Shown: positions 20,174-29,766 of the stretch, piece after piece
Numbering within the stretch: position 1 is the first letter of the stretch
Layout of the letters: every line of letters begins with the position of its first letter
Origin: Candidatus Poribacteria bacterium
GTDB lineage: Bacteria > Poribacteria > WGA-4E > WGA-3G
Direction: 5' to 3'
NCBI GenBank assembly: GCA_965242965.1
Contig: OZ251518.1
Location: 4,320,001 to 4,384,000, forward strand
Length of the DNA: 64,000 nt
The notes under the pieces: generated by a model
What the model saw: the letters and a program-made list of their open reading frames with translations, nothing else
The model's database searches: none
Told to the model about the DNA's origin: nothing
Made by a program: the position numbers and the translations under genes

Positions 20174-20240
20174 AGTATATAGCAAGATAAAAAGTTTTGT
20201 CAAGCGAAAATTTGACATTCTCCAGAAAATCTGGTATATT
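20174..20240. promoter_or_regulatory. Back-to-back sigma70-like promoters
   Basis: Plus: TTGACA(20212)-17-TATATT; minus: TTGACA(20203)-18-TATACT. Confidence 0.6.
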
Positions 20241-20272
20241 ACGCGTAGTTTAAATCTAACCTGAGTAGTTAG

Positions 20273-20440
20273 GGCATCCATGCTGTCGACATGATTTTAT
20301 CCGACATCGCGCGCTCCCTCGGCTTTGCGGTAGAGAAGATTCTCGTCGTGCCGGGAAAGAAGGGAAATAGCAGTCAGCAGATGGGTGTGTATGGGAGGGT
20401 GCTGCTGCGGAAGTGTGTCACTGTTTGGCGGAAGCGATGA
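20273..20440 (+). pseudogene. C-terminal remnant of a site-specific DNA methyltransferase
   Basis: Reads GIHAVDMILSDIARSLGFAVEKILVVPGKKGNSSQQMGVYGRVLLRKCVTVWRKR*; recalled similarity of VD.ILS/KGNSSQQMG to R-M methylase C-termini; in-frame stop immediately upstream. Confidence 0.6.
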
Positions 20441-20463
20441 GTGACTATCGTTGGCATTTAACT

Positions 20464-21003
20464 CAAGGTGTTTCATAAATCCGTGTAGGCGCGCCCTCCC
20501 GGTCTTGATACGAGCGATGTCCCGGTAGGAGAGACCTCCTGGTCTCGATGCAATAGGGCGGCGCGCCTACCGGAGCCGCGGCGGCAGAAAGCCCCTTCAT
20601 CGTAGGGCGAGGGCCCTCGGATGCCATACGCGCATCCGAGCGGGTTTCCCTCGCCAGCGTTTTGCTGCCAGACCCCTTCACCCCTGTAGGTCAGGATCGC
20701 CCGATCCTGACCTGTTTGTGATCAGGCGATCACAAACTACAGCGGCGGAAACACACATCAGGACGATGGAGCTCGCGGGGGACAGGCAACCGCACTACGA
20801 TGAAAAAAACGCCACTCCCTCACCGTAGGGCGAGGGCCTGTCCCTCGCCATCGTTCATGCACAATCCAACGCTCGCGGAGGACAGGCAACCGCACTACGG
20901 GAAAATCGAGACCGGGAGGGCTATTGCATCGAGACCAGGAGGTCTCTCCTACCGGCGCGCAGGAGCTGTCACCGCGACGTTGAGCGATTTATGAAACCCC
21001 CTC
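20464..21003. mobile_element. TIR-bounded non-autonomous element E1 (degenerate ends)
   Basis: caAGGTGTTTCATAAATC...GATTTATGAAACcCCCTC; REP-filled interior; no clear TSD. Confidence 0.75.
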
Positions 21004-21312
21004 AATTAATAAGGTATCAACTAATCTTGTGAACTTTTTTCGTTGCAAATTTCTGTCTTTTATGGTATTTTAGAGTTCACGGACATTTGCATGTCAAGAA
21101 AGTATACATGAATCGGGTGCCAGTCTCCGGTAGGACCGTTGCGCAGAAGGCAGAGAGCTCTCGGGTTTTGTGGAGAATAAGTTTCACATCCCCATGAAAA
21201 CCATGAGGGTATGCGCCGGAACGGGGATCGGTTTTGTAGTCTATCGGCTGTATCGGTTAACAGACGTGGTAATTGAGCAGAAGCATCGGAATGGGAAATG
21301 GAGGGATACGAG

Positions 21313-22362
21313 ATGAAAATTCCATTTAACTTTTACGATTTTTTGGGATACGCGTTCCCTGGGTTCGTCGTCATAATCATAGCGTTTATTTTGATAAATC
21401 CGGAGTTGTCGTTGGAATTTATTCTGAAAGTCACAACTCTAGATGCAACGCCTACAGATCAAACCGAGCCAGCAAAAAGCGGGTTAGAAAGGTCTTTGCC
21501 TACTAGCATATTTCAGATGATTTTCTACGTACTCGCTTGTTATCTCGTTGGACTTGCGGTCCACGGATTCACTGATTGGTTTTTCGCGACACTTTCAAAA
21601 AAATGGGAGCCGCTGAAAAGATATTATTCCGATCAAGGGACGTTTGAAAGGGGACTATTTGACTCTAGTTATAGAGAAGATCCTACAGACTTTGTCCCCT
21701 ACTCAGACCATTTTGTGGGCAAGTTGAAAACGCAGATCGAGAAAATTTTTGATGTCAAAGTAGATAGAATCATGCGTGAAGCAGGAGATTGGGTAGGGGA
21801 TCAAAAGTATATGGAGATTTTTGAATTTTGTCGTAGCGCGGTTATCGAACGGAGCCCCGCGCACTATTCACGTGCTTTTGCGTTGTTATCTCTCTACAAC
21901 TCTGCCAGACTTCTAGGAGGGATATTTCTTCTTGCAACAGTAGGATTTTTGGTGCGAATTTTTGTCCCGCAGCAACCCTTTGAGTGGACATGGCTCGCAG
22001 TCTACATTTTGATTTTATGGCTTCTTTGGATTGGGAAAAAGGGAGAAAAATCAAATGACTCTGCGAAAAAAAGATCCAAGAAGGGCTGCACAAAATCAAT
22101 AGGATTTGCTTATTGGGCAGTTGGGGGATTGGGGGCATTAGTGGCATTGGTGCGGTTATGGATTGATGCTCCTACTCCTCAAAATGAGGTAGGGGATTTC
22201 AAGACCCTATTCTGGGGTTATTGCGTCAGTGCAGCCCTATGCCCCATATTTTTCTACCTCTATAACCTTTTCAGGAGGTATTACCGCAACAGCATTATCT
22301 ACGGGTTTTATGAATACGCTGTAACCCGCGAAAAGGATACGGAGAAGTCCAATGCCACGTGA
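21313..22362 (+). CDS. AT-rich multi-pass membrane protein of unknown function (start may be 21298)
   Basis: About six TM segments, FYDFLGY.FPG start motif, visibly lower GC than neighbours. Confidence 0.8.
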   Translation: MKIPFNFYDFLGYAFPGFVVIIIAFILINPELSLEFILKVTTLDATPTDQTEPAKSGLERSLPTSIFQMIFYVLACYLVGLAVHGFTDWFFATLSKKWEPLKRYYSDQGTFERGLFDSSYREDPTDFVPYSDHFVGKLKTQIEKIFDVKVDRIMREAGDWVGDQKYMEIFEFCRSAVIERSPAHYSRAFALLSLYNSARLLGGIFLLATVGFLVRIFVPQQPFEWTWLAVYILILWLLWIGKKGEKSNDSAKKRSKKGCTKSIGFAYWAVGGLGALVALVRLWIDAPTPQNEVGDFKTLFWGYCVSAALCPIFFYLYNLFRRYYRNSIIYGFYEYAVTREKDTEKSNAT

Positions 22363-22644
22363 TGTCGCGAAGTTGAGTGAGGTGGTGTGTCATAAATCTA
22401 TTTCGGTAGTTATCTCCCCGTTGGGGAGCGGGCGAATATCGTAGGGCGAGGGCCCTCGGATGCCACACGCGCATGCGAGAGGGTTTCCCTCGCCATCGTC
22501 CGCGCAATCCAACGCATGCGGGGGACAGACCCCCGCACTACGATAAAAACGGTTCTTAGGTCCTAAAGGCCCTAAAACGCCACCGCTTGACGATAGACAA
22601 CGCGGGGGACAGGCCCCCGCGCTACGGAAAATAGGGACAGCACG

Positions 22645-24162
22645 TCAATATAGCAACCGAATCTGTTCCCCGCCGTGATGCATCTCCGCCTGCTGACGCG
22701 TGTCAACCATCCATTGCTGCGGTAGAATGACATCTGGCACCCCTGTTTTAAAATAGTGCTCGGCAATCTGCCAAAACTGAATCCGCGGGATGCGGGTATT
22801 CCCAATCGTCAGGAAACCTTCTCGCGCCGCTTGTGCACGCATGCCATCGGTGGGTGCAGTAAGCGTGACGAAAATGCCCATGTCTGCCCCTTGGTCGCGC
22901 ATCGCCGTGCGGAAATCGCGCAGCATCCCCCGATTCAGATGCTTGCCCGATTTGACTTCCACCAAAATATGGGTATAATGCTCAACCCCTTCCTTGACAT
23001 GCGTCAGCACACTGCCATGGCCGTCAAACCCATCGTCCCCTGTTTTTCGTGTGACAGCGATTTTGGGAAGCAACCCAATCACCCATGCCTCAAATCCAAA
23101 CCGGTCCATCTCAGCCAATTTCATGGCATCTTGCAGGCTTTGAGGATATCCATGCACTTGGTAATCAACCCCGCGCGTGAACGTCTCCGGATGCCGTTGC
23201 TGCATCCGGCGGAGAATAGGCTCAATCGCCAAAATGGTTTTGTCTATCCCAATCCACCGGCGGTTAAGTCCGTGCGCCGCATCAATCGTCGTACCGCACC
23301 CACAGAACGGATCTAACACTAAATCGCCTTCGTTTGACGACGCTTTGATAATGCGTTCCAGCAGCGCAAGCGGTTTCTGCGTCTCATACCCCAACCGCTC
23401 TTTGGACGAAGTGTTCAGTTGCAATCCCTTCTCCACCCACAGCGATGTCAACGGCGTGCCGAGGTTCTCGTCAAGATACTTGATTTTCGGCTTGCCGGTT
23501 TCTTGATATTTCCGCCCGCGCAACTTCGCGTACTGCCGTCCATCCGCATCAACGTATTTATACTCCTGCCGAATGTAGTCCTCCGACAACGGTTCATATT
23601 GGACGTTGAAGCAGTGCTTATCCCCCTTCGTGTAGTAGAGAATCGCATCGGTTTGCGTTGAAAACTTTTTCGTCGCATTGTTCTTAACGCCGGCATACTT
23701 CCGCCAGACGATTTCATTCCGAAACCGATGAAACCCGAAAATGTTATCCACAAGCAGTTTCAGATAATGCGACATCTTCGCATCACAGTGTAGATAGAAA
23801 CTGCCTGTCTCTTTTAGCACGCGATGGATGTGGCAGAGACGCGGTGCCATGAAGGCGAGATACGCCATCCGCCACGACTCGTTTTCAACGGCGCGGAAAG
23901 CGGCTAACAATTGCGCAGCCTTCGGATAATCGCCCGCGAGTTCGTGCATCAGATGTGCATAATCCGTTTCGGAATTTTCGCCCCACTTCCAGATATCGGT
24001 ATATGCCTTCGTTTGCGTGCTGCTTTTCTTGCCCTTGGTGTGCAAAAAAACGTTGTAATCGCGACCGGTGCCGAAGGGCGGGTCGGCGTAACAGATGTCC
24101 ACGCCGCGGTCGGACATCGTTTGCATGACTTCGAGATTGTCGCTAAAGTAGAGATGATTCAT
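22645..24162 (-). CDS. Amino-DNA methyltransferase (beta order) fused to Mrr-like PD-(D/E)XK domain
   Basis: DPPF before DPFCGCGTT, TQKPLALLERII; C-terminal GDDGFDG...VEVKSG. Confidence 0.9.
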   Translation of the reverse strand: MNHLYFSDNLEVMQTMSDRGVDICYADPPFGTGRDYNVFLHTKGKKSSTQTKAYTDIWKWGENSETDYAHLMHELAGDYPKAAQLLAAFRAVENESWRMAYLAFMAPRLCHIHRVLKETGSFYLHCDAKMSHYLKLLVDNIFGFHRFRNEIVWRKYAGVKNNATKKFSTQTDAILYYTKGDKHCFNVQYEPLSEDYIRQEYKYVDADGRQYAKLRGRKYQETGKPKIKYLDENLGTPLTSLWVEKGLQLNTSSKERLGYETQKPLALLERIIKASSNEGDLVLDPFCGCGTTIDAAHGLNRRWIGIDKTILAIEPILRRMQQRHPETFTRGVDYQVHGYPQSLQDAMKLAEMDRFGFEAWVIGLLPKIAVTRKTGDDGFDGHGSVLTHVKEGVEHYTHILVEVKSGKHLNRGMLRDFRTAMRDQGADMGIFVTLTAPTDGMRAQAAREGFLTIGNTRIPRIQFWQIAEHYFKTGVPDVILPQQWMVDTRQQAEMHHGGEQIRLLY

Positions 24163-24268
24163 CGTTTAAAATTACCCAGCGGTAGACGCGGTTTGTAACC
24201 GCGCACGTATTCAATGACGCAGTTACAAACCAATGCCTACCGGGTCCGTTTCCCGTATGTCCTGCTAC

Positions 24269-25054
24269 TTAACGCAGCCGCTTGATTTTGCCCCATGAAG
24301 TGGCAAGTTTGTCCTGCGCATCGACAGCCGTTAAGAACCCAGACATACCGACATCCATGCTCTCTTTCACTTCGTCAGCGGAGAGCGCACGGTTCCAGAG
24401 ACGCACCTCGTCAACCAGACCCGGCCATGCCTCCCCAGACCAGGTGCCGATCTGGAGTTGGCTCGGCGTTCCCGCAGGCGCGACAGGATTGTTAGTCTCC
24501 TGCGCGAGTGTCACTTCACCATCAACGTAAATCTCCACCAACCCGTTGTTGTCGGAGGTATGCGTATAGGCGAGATAATACCACTTGCCGAGCTCCAATG
24601 CGGTGTCGTTATCGTTGACATCCAAGAACCCGCCGGCGGCACCGTTCGTCCACACCTTCAGGCCGTTGGCGGGGTTCATGCCGAAGCCGAAGCCGATGTG
24701 TCTGCCAACGCCGCCCGAGCGAGTGCCGAAGATAATCGCGTGCGCGCTCGGTAACCGCGTGAGATTCACCCACGCCGCCTGCGTGATGGCATCTTCAATG
24801 TGGAACGCCGCGTCATCTTCAACCGCGACGAAATCCGCAGCAGCAGCGAATTCGAGTGCCATCCCGTGCTTGCCATCTACCCACTTCGCATCGCCGTTGA
24901 GTTCACCGGTGAACCCGTTTTCCGAGAAGTCTCCGGTACTCGTCCCTGTGCCTTCGTCAAGAGGCATGTAAAGCACGAGCCCATCCATCAAATCCGCGGC
25001 CGCGTAAGTGCAGCAAGCCACGGCAAAAATTAGCATCATCAATAAGTATTTCAT
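24269..25054 (-). CDS. Secreted LamG/concanavalin-like protein
   Basis: Signal peptide, LVLYMPLDEG, W.DGK.G.AL.F, DEVRLWNRALS, C-terminal AVDAQDKLATSWGKIK. Confidence 0.9.
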   Translation of the reverse strand: MKYLLMMLIFAVACCTYAAADLMDGLVLYMPLDEGTGTSTGDFSENGFTGELNGDAKWVDGKHGMALEFAAAADFVAVEDDAAFHIEDAITQAAWVNLTRLPSAHAIIFGTRSGGVGRHIGFGFGMNPANGLKVWTNGAAGGFLDVNDNDTALELGKWYYLAYTHTSDNNGLVEIYVDGEVTLAQETNNPVAPAGTPSQLQIGTWSGEAWPGLVDEVRLWNRALSADEVKESMDVGMSGFLTAVDAQDKLATSWGKIKRLR

Positions 25055-25137
25055 CTTTTCCTCCTATTGGAATTGTAATGAGAATATAATAACAGAAACC
25101 GCGTAGGTTTGTCAAGTTTCTGTCGTTTGAGATTGGA

Positions 25138-25350
25138 AATCCTGCTCATATCTTGCTAATCTCGAAAATCTTGTAAATCCTGCTCCTTTCTTGCTCATCT
25201 TGTAAATCCGGAGCAGGATTATCACGATTATCAGGATTTACCAGGATTCTGAACCCATAATCGTGAAAATCTTGTAAATCTTGTAAATCCTGCTCATATC
25301 CTGCTCCTCTCTTGTAAATCTTGTAAATCCTGCTCCTAATCCTGCTCCTG
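25138..25350. repeat. Short (9-10 nt) tandem repeat tract with an inverted internal block
   Basis: Repeated AATCTTGTA/AATCCTGCTC units, inverted GAGCAGGATT..CAGGATTT at 25211-25248. Confidence 0.85.
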
Positions 25351-25352
25351 AT

Positions 25353-25381
25353 TTGACATTCCCCCCAAAATGTGGTATAAT
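25353..25381 (+). promoter_or_regulatory. Consensus sigma70 promoter
   Basis: TTGACA-17 bp-TATAAT with TG extension, followed by AGGAGG RBS. Confidence 0.8.
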
Positions 25382-25404
25382 AAATATGCAGGAGGTAAAC
25401 TAAA

Positions 25405-26241
25405 ATGAAAAACCAAACCCAAGACGCGCAATATACGATGGGGCGCAGTGAAGCCGAGACCAGGCGTTTAATCGAACAATCGCAACTCTATGACGGCGTA
25501 ACCCGGCGGTTTCTCAACGCCGCGGGCATCGGGAAGGGGATGAAAGTCCTTGACATCGGCAGCGGCGCGGGAGACGTGGCACTGACGCTTGCCGAATTTG
25601 TCGGAAACGATGGCACTGTTGTCGGCGTAGATGTGAACGCCGAGATCCTCGAAACGGCACGAAGCCGTGCGGAAATGGCAGGAATCACAAACGTTGAATT
25701 CATCGCAGGCGATGCGCGCACGCTGGATTTGCCAGACGATTTCGATGCCATCGTCGGCAGGCTAGTTTTGATGTATATGGCAGAACCGGGGGATGCGCTG
25801 AAGCAGTTGGCGACGCGCTTGAGGCCCGGCGGCATCGTCGCCTTTCAGGAAATTGAATTGACGTTCTACCGTGCCCTCGCGCATCCCGATACACCGCTCG
25901 TCAATAAACTGACCGCGGGGGCAATCGCCGTGTTTGAGCAGTCTGGGGCGCACATCGGCATGGGCCTCCACCTTTACCGTGCTTTCGTTGACGCGGGGCT
26001 GCCCGAACCGACGCTCCATTTTGAGACACCGATGGGCGGTCCCGCGGCATGGCCCGGTTACGAGTTCCTCGCGAATAGTATCCGAAGCATTCTCCCCCTG
26101 ATGGAGAAATACGGCATCGCAACCGCCGAAGATGTAGAAGTGGACACGTTAGCAGAGCGGTTGCGCGCGGAAGTTGTCGCCGCGAAACGTCCGCTTCTCC
26201 TGCCGCCGCATATCACCGCCTACGCAACGCGACCGGAATAA
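25405..26241 (+). CDS. Class I SAM-dependent methyltransferase (tandem paralog 1)
   Basis: VLDIGSGAGDV, FDAIVGRLVLMY, LRPGG. Confidence 0.9.
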   Translation: MKNQTQDAQYTMGRSEAETRRLIEQSQLYDGVTRRFLNAAGIGKGMKVLDIGSGAGDVALTLAEFVGNDGTVVGVDVNAEILETARSRAEMAGITNVEFIAGDARTLDLPDDFDAIVGRLVLMYMAEPGDALKQLATRLRPGGIVAFQEIELTFYRALAHPDTPLVNKLTAGAIAVFEQSGAHIGMGLHLYRAFVDAGLPEPTLHFETPMGGPAAWPGYEFLANSIRSILPLMEKYGIATAEDVEVDTLAERLRAEVVAAKRPLLLPPHITAYATRPE

Positions 26242-26258
26242 AGGAATTTGAGTCTATC

Positions 26259-27101
26259 ATGAGCAACGCAACCCGCGATGCCGCTTATGCTTTAGGCAGA
26301 ACGTCACACGAAACGACACGGCTCATTGAGCAGTCGAAAATCTACGGTGGTTCAACGCGACGGCTGCTAGAAGCGGCGGGCATCGCAAACGGCATGAAAA
26401 TACTAGAAATCGGCAGCGGTGCAGGCGATGTGGCACTCACCCTCGCCGACTTAGTCGGAGAAGAGGGACACGTCGTCGGCGTAGATGTCAACGCCACTAT
26501 TCTGGAAACGGCGCGTGCGCGCGCTGAGGCGGCGGGTTTCGCGAACGTTGAATTCATCGCCGGCGATGCACGCACGCTGGAACTTCCCAACGATTTTGAC
26601 GCGCTCGTCGGCAGATTCGTGCTGATGTATATGGCGAACCCGAGCGACGCGCTCAAACACCTCGTCACGCACCTCCGTCCCGACAGCATCGTCGCGTTTC
26701 AGGAACCTGAATACACCATTTACCCGGCGTTATTGCATCCGGATACGCCGCTGATGAATCAACTTATCTCGTGGATTGTAGAGGTGTTTCAAGCTTCTGG
26801 CGCGCATCTGGACAAAGGCATCGGGCTTTATCGCGTCTTCGTTGAAGCGGGATTGCCTGAACCTGTCATGCACTTTGAGGCACCTGTCGGCGCGGCAGAG
26901 ACGTGGGCCGGTTACCGCTACATGGCGACGATTTTTGAGAGTCTCCTCCCGATGCTGGAGAAATACGACATCGCAACCGCTGAAGAGGTTGACGTGGAAA
27001 CGTTGGCATCGCGGATTCGGGAGGAGGTGCTGATTGCGAAGAGGCCGTTTTTCTTGCCGCTGCATCTCTCGGCGTATACGCGAAGGGGTTCTCTAGCTTA
27101 G
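26259..27101 (+). CDS. Class I SAM-dependent methyltransferase (tandem paralog 2)
   Basis: ILEIGSGAGDV, FDALVGRFVLMY; collinear with 25405..26241. Confidence 0.9.
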   Translation: MSNATRDAAYALGRTSHETTRLIEQSKIYGGSTRRLLEAAGIANGMKILEIGSGAGDVALTLADLVGEEGHVVGVDVNATILETARARAEAAGFANVEFIAGDARTLELPNDFDALVGRFVLMYMANPSDALKHLVTHLRPDSIVAFQEPEYTIYPALLHPDTPLMNQLISWIVEVFQASGAHLDKGIGLYRVFVEAGLPEPVMHFEAPVGAAETWAGYRYMATIFESLLPMLEKYDIATAEEVDVETLASRIREEVLIAKRPFFLPLHLSAYTRRGSLA

Positions 27102-27102
27102 G

Positions 27103-27693
27103 GAGGGTGTTTCATAAATCCGTTGGCGCGCCATCCCGGTCTCGCTGCGAGCGATGTCCCCGTAGGAGAGACCTCCTGGTCTCGATTGTTCCCGTAGCGC
27201 GGGGGCCTGTCCCCCGCGTTGGCCAGCGTCACGATGCCATCTTAGGTCCTTTAGGACCTACATGTCTATAGAAAAACGTGCAGGTCCCACGGCAAGGTCC
27301 GTTAGGACCTTAATAAAACCCGCGCGGCCCTGGCAAAAACTATTAAGGACCTAAAGGACCTTAGGCTTCTTCGCGTTCGCGCGTGCTATAGACATTAAGG
27401 TCCTACGGACCTAAGAGACGTTTTTCCGTAGCGCGGGTGCTGGCGAGGGACAGGCCCTCGCCCTACGGTGAAAGGGAGGCTTTCCTCCTACCGTAGCGCG
27501 GGGGCCTGTCCCCCGCGATCGTTGGATTGCGCGAGTTCCATCGTCACGATGTGTGTTTCCCCTGTCTGTAGTTTGTGATCGCCTGATCACAAACGGGTCA
27601 GGATCGGGCGATCCTGACCTACAGTCGGGGAGCGCACGCTCAATAGCGCGGGGGCCCGTCACCGCGACGGTGGGCGATTTATGAAACACCCTC
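27103..27693. mobile_element. TIR-bounded non-autonomous element E2
   Basis: GAGGGTGTTTCATAAATC...GATTTATGAAACACCCTC; flanks AGCTTAGG / AGTTTAGG (8 bp, 1 mismatch). Confidence 0.85.
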
Positions 27694-27840
27694 AGTTTAG
27701 GCACAGATCGCGGGGGACAGGCCCCCGCGCTACGTGATAACGGGCAGATTGCGAGGGACAGGCCCCCGCGCTACGGGTCAACATGCCAATCGCGGGGGAT
27801 AGGCACTCGCGCTATGTGATAACGCGCAATAGAAAAAAAT

Positions 27841-27952
27841 TTGACACATCCCCCAAAATGTGTTAAAATATCTTCTAATTATCACTTTCCGGTCTGTTTT
27901 ACCTAAAAAAAGCGATTTTAGGTTGACATATCCGTTTGAAATGTGATATAAT
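27841..27952 (+). promoter_or_regulatory. Two tandem sigma70 promoters upstream of the rpsF operon
   Basis: TTGACA(27841)-17-TAAAAT and TTGACA(27923)-18-TATAAT, both with TG extension. Confidence 0.75.
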
Positions 27953-27977
27953 TGTGTTACTAAAGTTAAAATCATCT

Positions 27978-28134
27978 GGGCGGGGCATCAGTCCAGTGTG
28001 AGAGTGGGTGTTAGACGCGGGTAACCGTGCAACTCACGCGTGCAGTCGGTTGCACACATCGCAGAATTCCACACGAAGCAACGGGATACCGACAAAATGA
28101 ATCCCCACGCTTCAGCGTGTAGGGAGTATGTCAA
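27978..28134 (+). ncRNA. Orphan IS200/IS605 (TnpB) right-end, omegaRNA-like sequence
   Basis: GCGGGGCATC..GAGTGGGTGTTAGAC..ACTCAC, terminal hairpin GAATCCCCACGC-TTCA-GCGTG..GGGAG and end TATGTCAA; recalled pattern of tnpB 3' ends; no tnpB/tnpA ORF. Confidence 0.6.
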
Positions 28135-28177
28135 GTTAATGTTTTCCGCGCGAAACGCGGCGGACATCATAATCAAT

Positions 28178-28241
28178 CTCTGCTCCCGGTGATAGCCGGT
28201 ATGCTGTGCTTTACCGCGGGGCCATTAGTCCGAAGAGAGGC
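28178..28241 (+). promoter_or_regulatory. Putative S6:S18 ribosomal-protein leader
   Basis: CTCTGCTCCCGGT...ACCGCGGGGC...AGAGAGG pairing that sequesters the rpsF RBS; position matches the known leader. Confidence 0.5.
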
Positions 28242-28248
28242 AATCAAT

Positions 28249-28563
28249 TTGAAATCATACGAACTCCTGCTTATCATCACGCCCGACCGCGATGAAAGCG
28301 AAGCGGAGGCTCTGTCAGCGAATGTGCAGGGCATCATAGAGAACGGCGGGACGCTCCTCAAGGTAGATGCTTGGGGCAAAAAGCGGCTCGCTTATCCGAT
28401 TCAGAAACGCACCGAAGGCTACTACGTGCTTTACATTTTTGAGAGCGCGCCCAGCTTTATTGCGGAACTTAATCAATCGCTGCGAGTCATCGAAGCGATT
28501 ATGCGGCACATGATCGTCCTTTATGAGGGCGACGCTGAGGAACTGAAGAGTGCCGCCGAATAG
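28249..28563 (+). CDS. rpsF: 30S ribosomal protein S6 (TTG start)
   Basis: YELLLII.P, WGKKRLAYPIQK..EGYY, IMRHMIV. Confidence 0.95.
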   Translation: MKSYELLLIITPDRDESEAEALSANVQGIIENGGTLLKVDAWGKKRLAYPIQKRTEGYYVLYIFESAPSFIAELNQSLRVIEAIMRHMIVLYEGDAEELKSAAE

Positions 28564-28685
28564 GCGAGATCGGGTGGTGATGAAGGCTGAAAATATAACA
28601 GCACGACTCAAACGAGCATCATCACTAAACAACGCGGACGAGATAGGTTCTGTTAGGTTCTGTCTCGTCACGCAGAGGAGAAATC

Positions 28686-29138
28686 ATGGCTAGCTACAAC
28701 CGGGTCATTCTGATGGGTAATCTCACCCGCGACCCAGAACTGAAATATCTCCCGAGTGGCACGTCTGTCGCGAATTTTGGCATCGCAATGAATGATGTCT
28801 ACACGGACCGGCAGACAGGCGAAAAGAAGGAGAATCCCTGTTTCGTTGATGTCGCCGCTTGGGGCAGACAAGCCGAAGTGGTGAACGAGTACCTCAGTAA
28901 AGGGAGCCCCATTTTTCTTGAGGGGAGCCTCAAATTTGACTCTTGGGAGGCTGATGATGGAACAAAGCGGAGCAAACTCTCCGTTACCGCGTTCCGCATT
29001 CAGTTAATCGGTGGGCGGCGCGATGGAGACGAAGGCGGCGGTTACACCGAAGCCGCGCCCGCGGCCGCACCGACAGCGCAGGCTCCCGCGCCACCACAGG
29101 GTGCTCCGTCATCGACAGAGGACGACATCCCGTTCTAA
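28686..29138 (+). CDS. ssb: Single-stranded DNA-binding protein
   Basis: [16 protein letters not shown]-terminal DDIPF. Confidence 0.97.
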   Translation: MASYNRVILMGNLTRDPELKYLPSGTSVANFGIAMNDVYTDRQTGEKKENPCFVDVAAWGRQAEVVNEYLSKGSPIFLEGSLKFDSWEADDGTKRSKLSVTAFRIQLIGGRRDGDEGGGYTEAAPAAAPTAQAPAPPQGAPSSTEDDIPF

Positions 29139-29229
29139 TCGTTCGGGCGGCATAGCACCGCCCGCGGATACCGCGTTGGACGCGCACACGCTGCGCGTCC
29201 AACGCGCCTATTATAGGAGAACACTAGTT

Positions 29230-29430
29230 ATGGCATTCCGCAGGAGACAGCGTTATAGCAAACTTGAATCCGTGGATTACAAGGATGTGGATACGCTGCG
29301 CAGATTTATTAACGAACGCGGAAAAATCGTGAGCCGCCGCGTCACGGGGCTCTCCGCGAAACAACAGCGCATGGTGAAGCGCGCCATCAAACGCGCTCGG
29401 AACATGGCACTTTTACCGTTCACACGATAG
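29230..29430 (+). CDS. rpsR: 30S ribosomal protein S18
   Basis: [42 protein letters not shown]; AGGAG RBS. Confidence 0.96.
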   Translation: MAFRRRQRYSKLESVDYKDVDTLRRFINERGKIVSRRVTGLSAKQQRMVKRAIKRARNMALLPFTR

Positions 29431-29462
29431 ACGAAGCGGCGGTGCCGATAGGCGCGCTTTTG

Positions 29463-29728
29463 GGTAGGCGGGCCATCCTTGTCCCGATGTCATCGGGTCA
29501 GGATCAGGCGATCCTGACCTACAGGGCCTAGTAGGCGGGACATCCTTGTCCCGATACCGATACTTGTAGGCGGGACATCCCTGTCCCGATACCACATTTG
29601 GGTAGGCGGGACATCCTTGTCCCGATAACGCCCGAATCGAGACCAGGAGGTCTCTCCTACGGGGGGATGCATCGAGACCGGGAGGTCTCTCTTACTGAAC
29701 GCATCGAGACCGGGAGGTCTCTCCTACT
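29463..29728. repeat. REP cluster inside the ribosomal protein operon
   Basis: Several GTAGGCGGGACATCCTTGTCCCGAT and ATCGAGACCRGGAGGTCTCTCCTAC copies. Confidence 0.9.
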
Positions 29729-29766
29729 GGCGGTGCCTCGCCGCTGAAATAGGAATTGATTTAATC

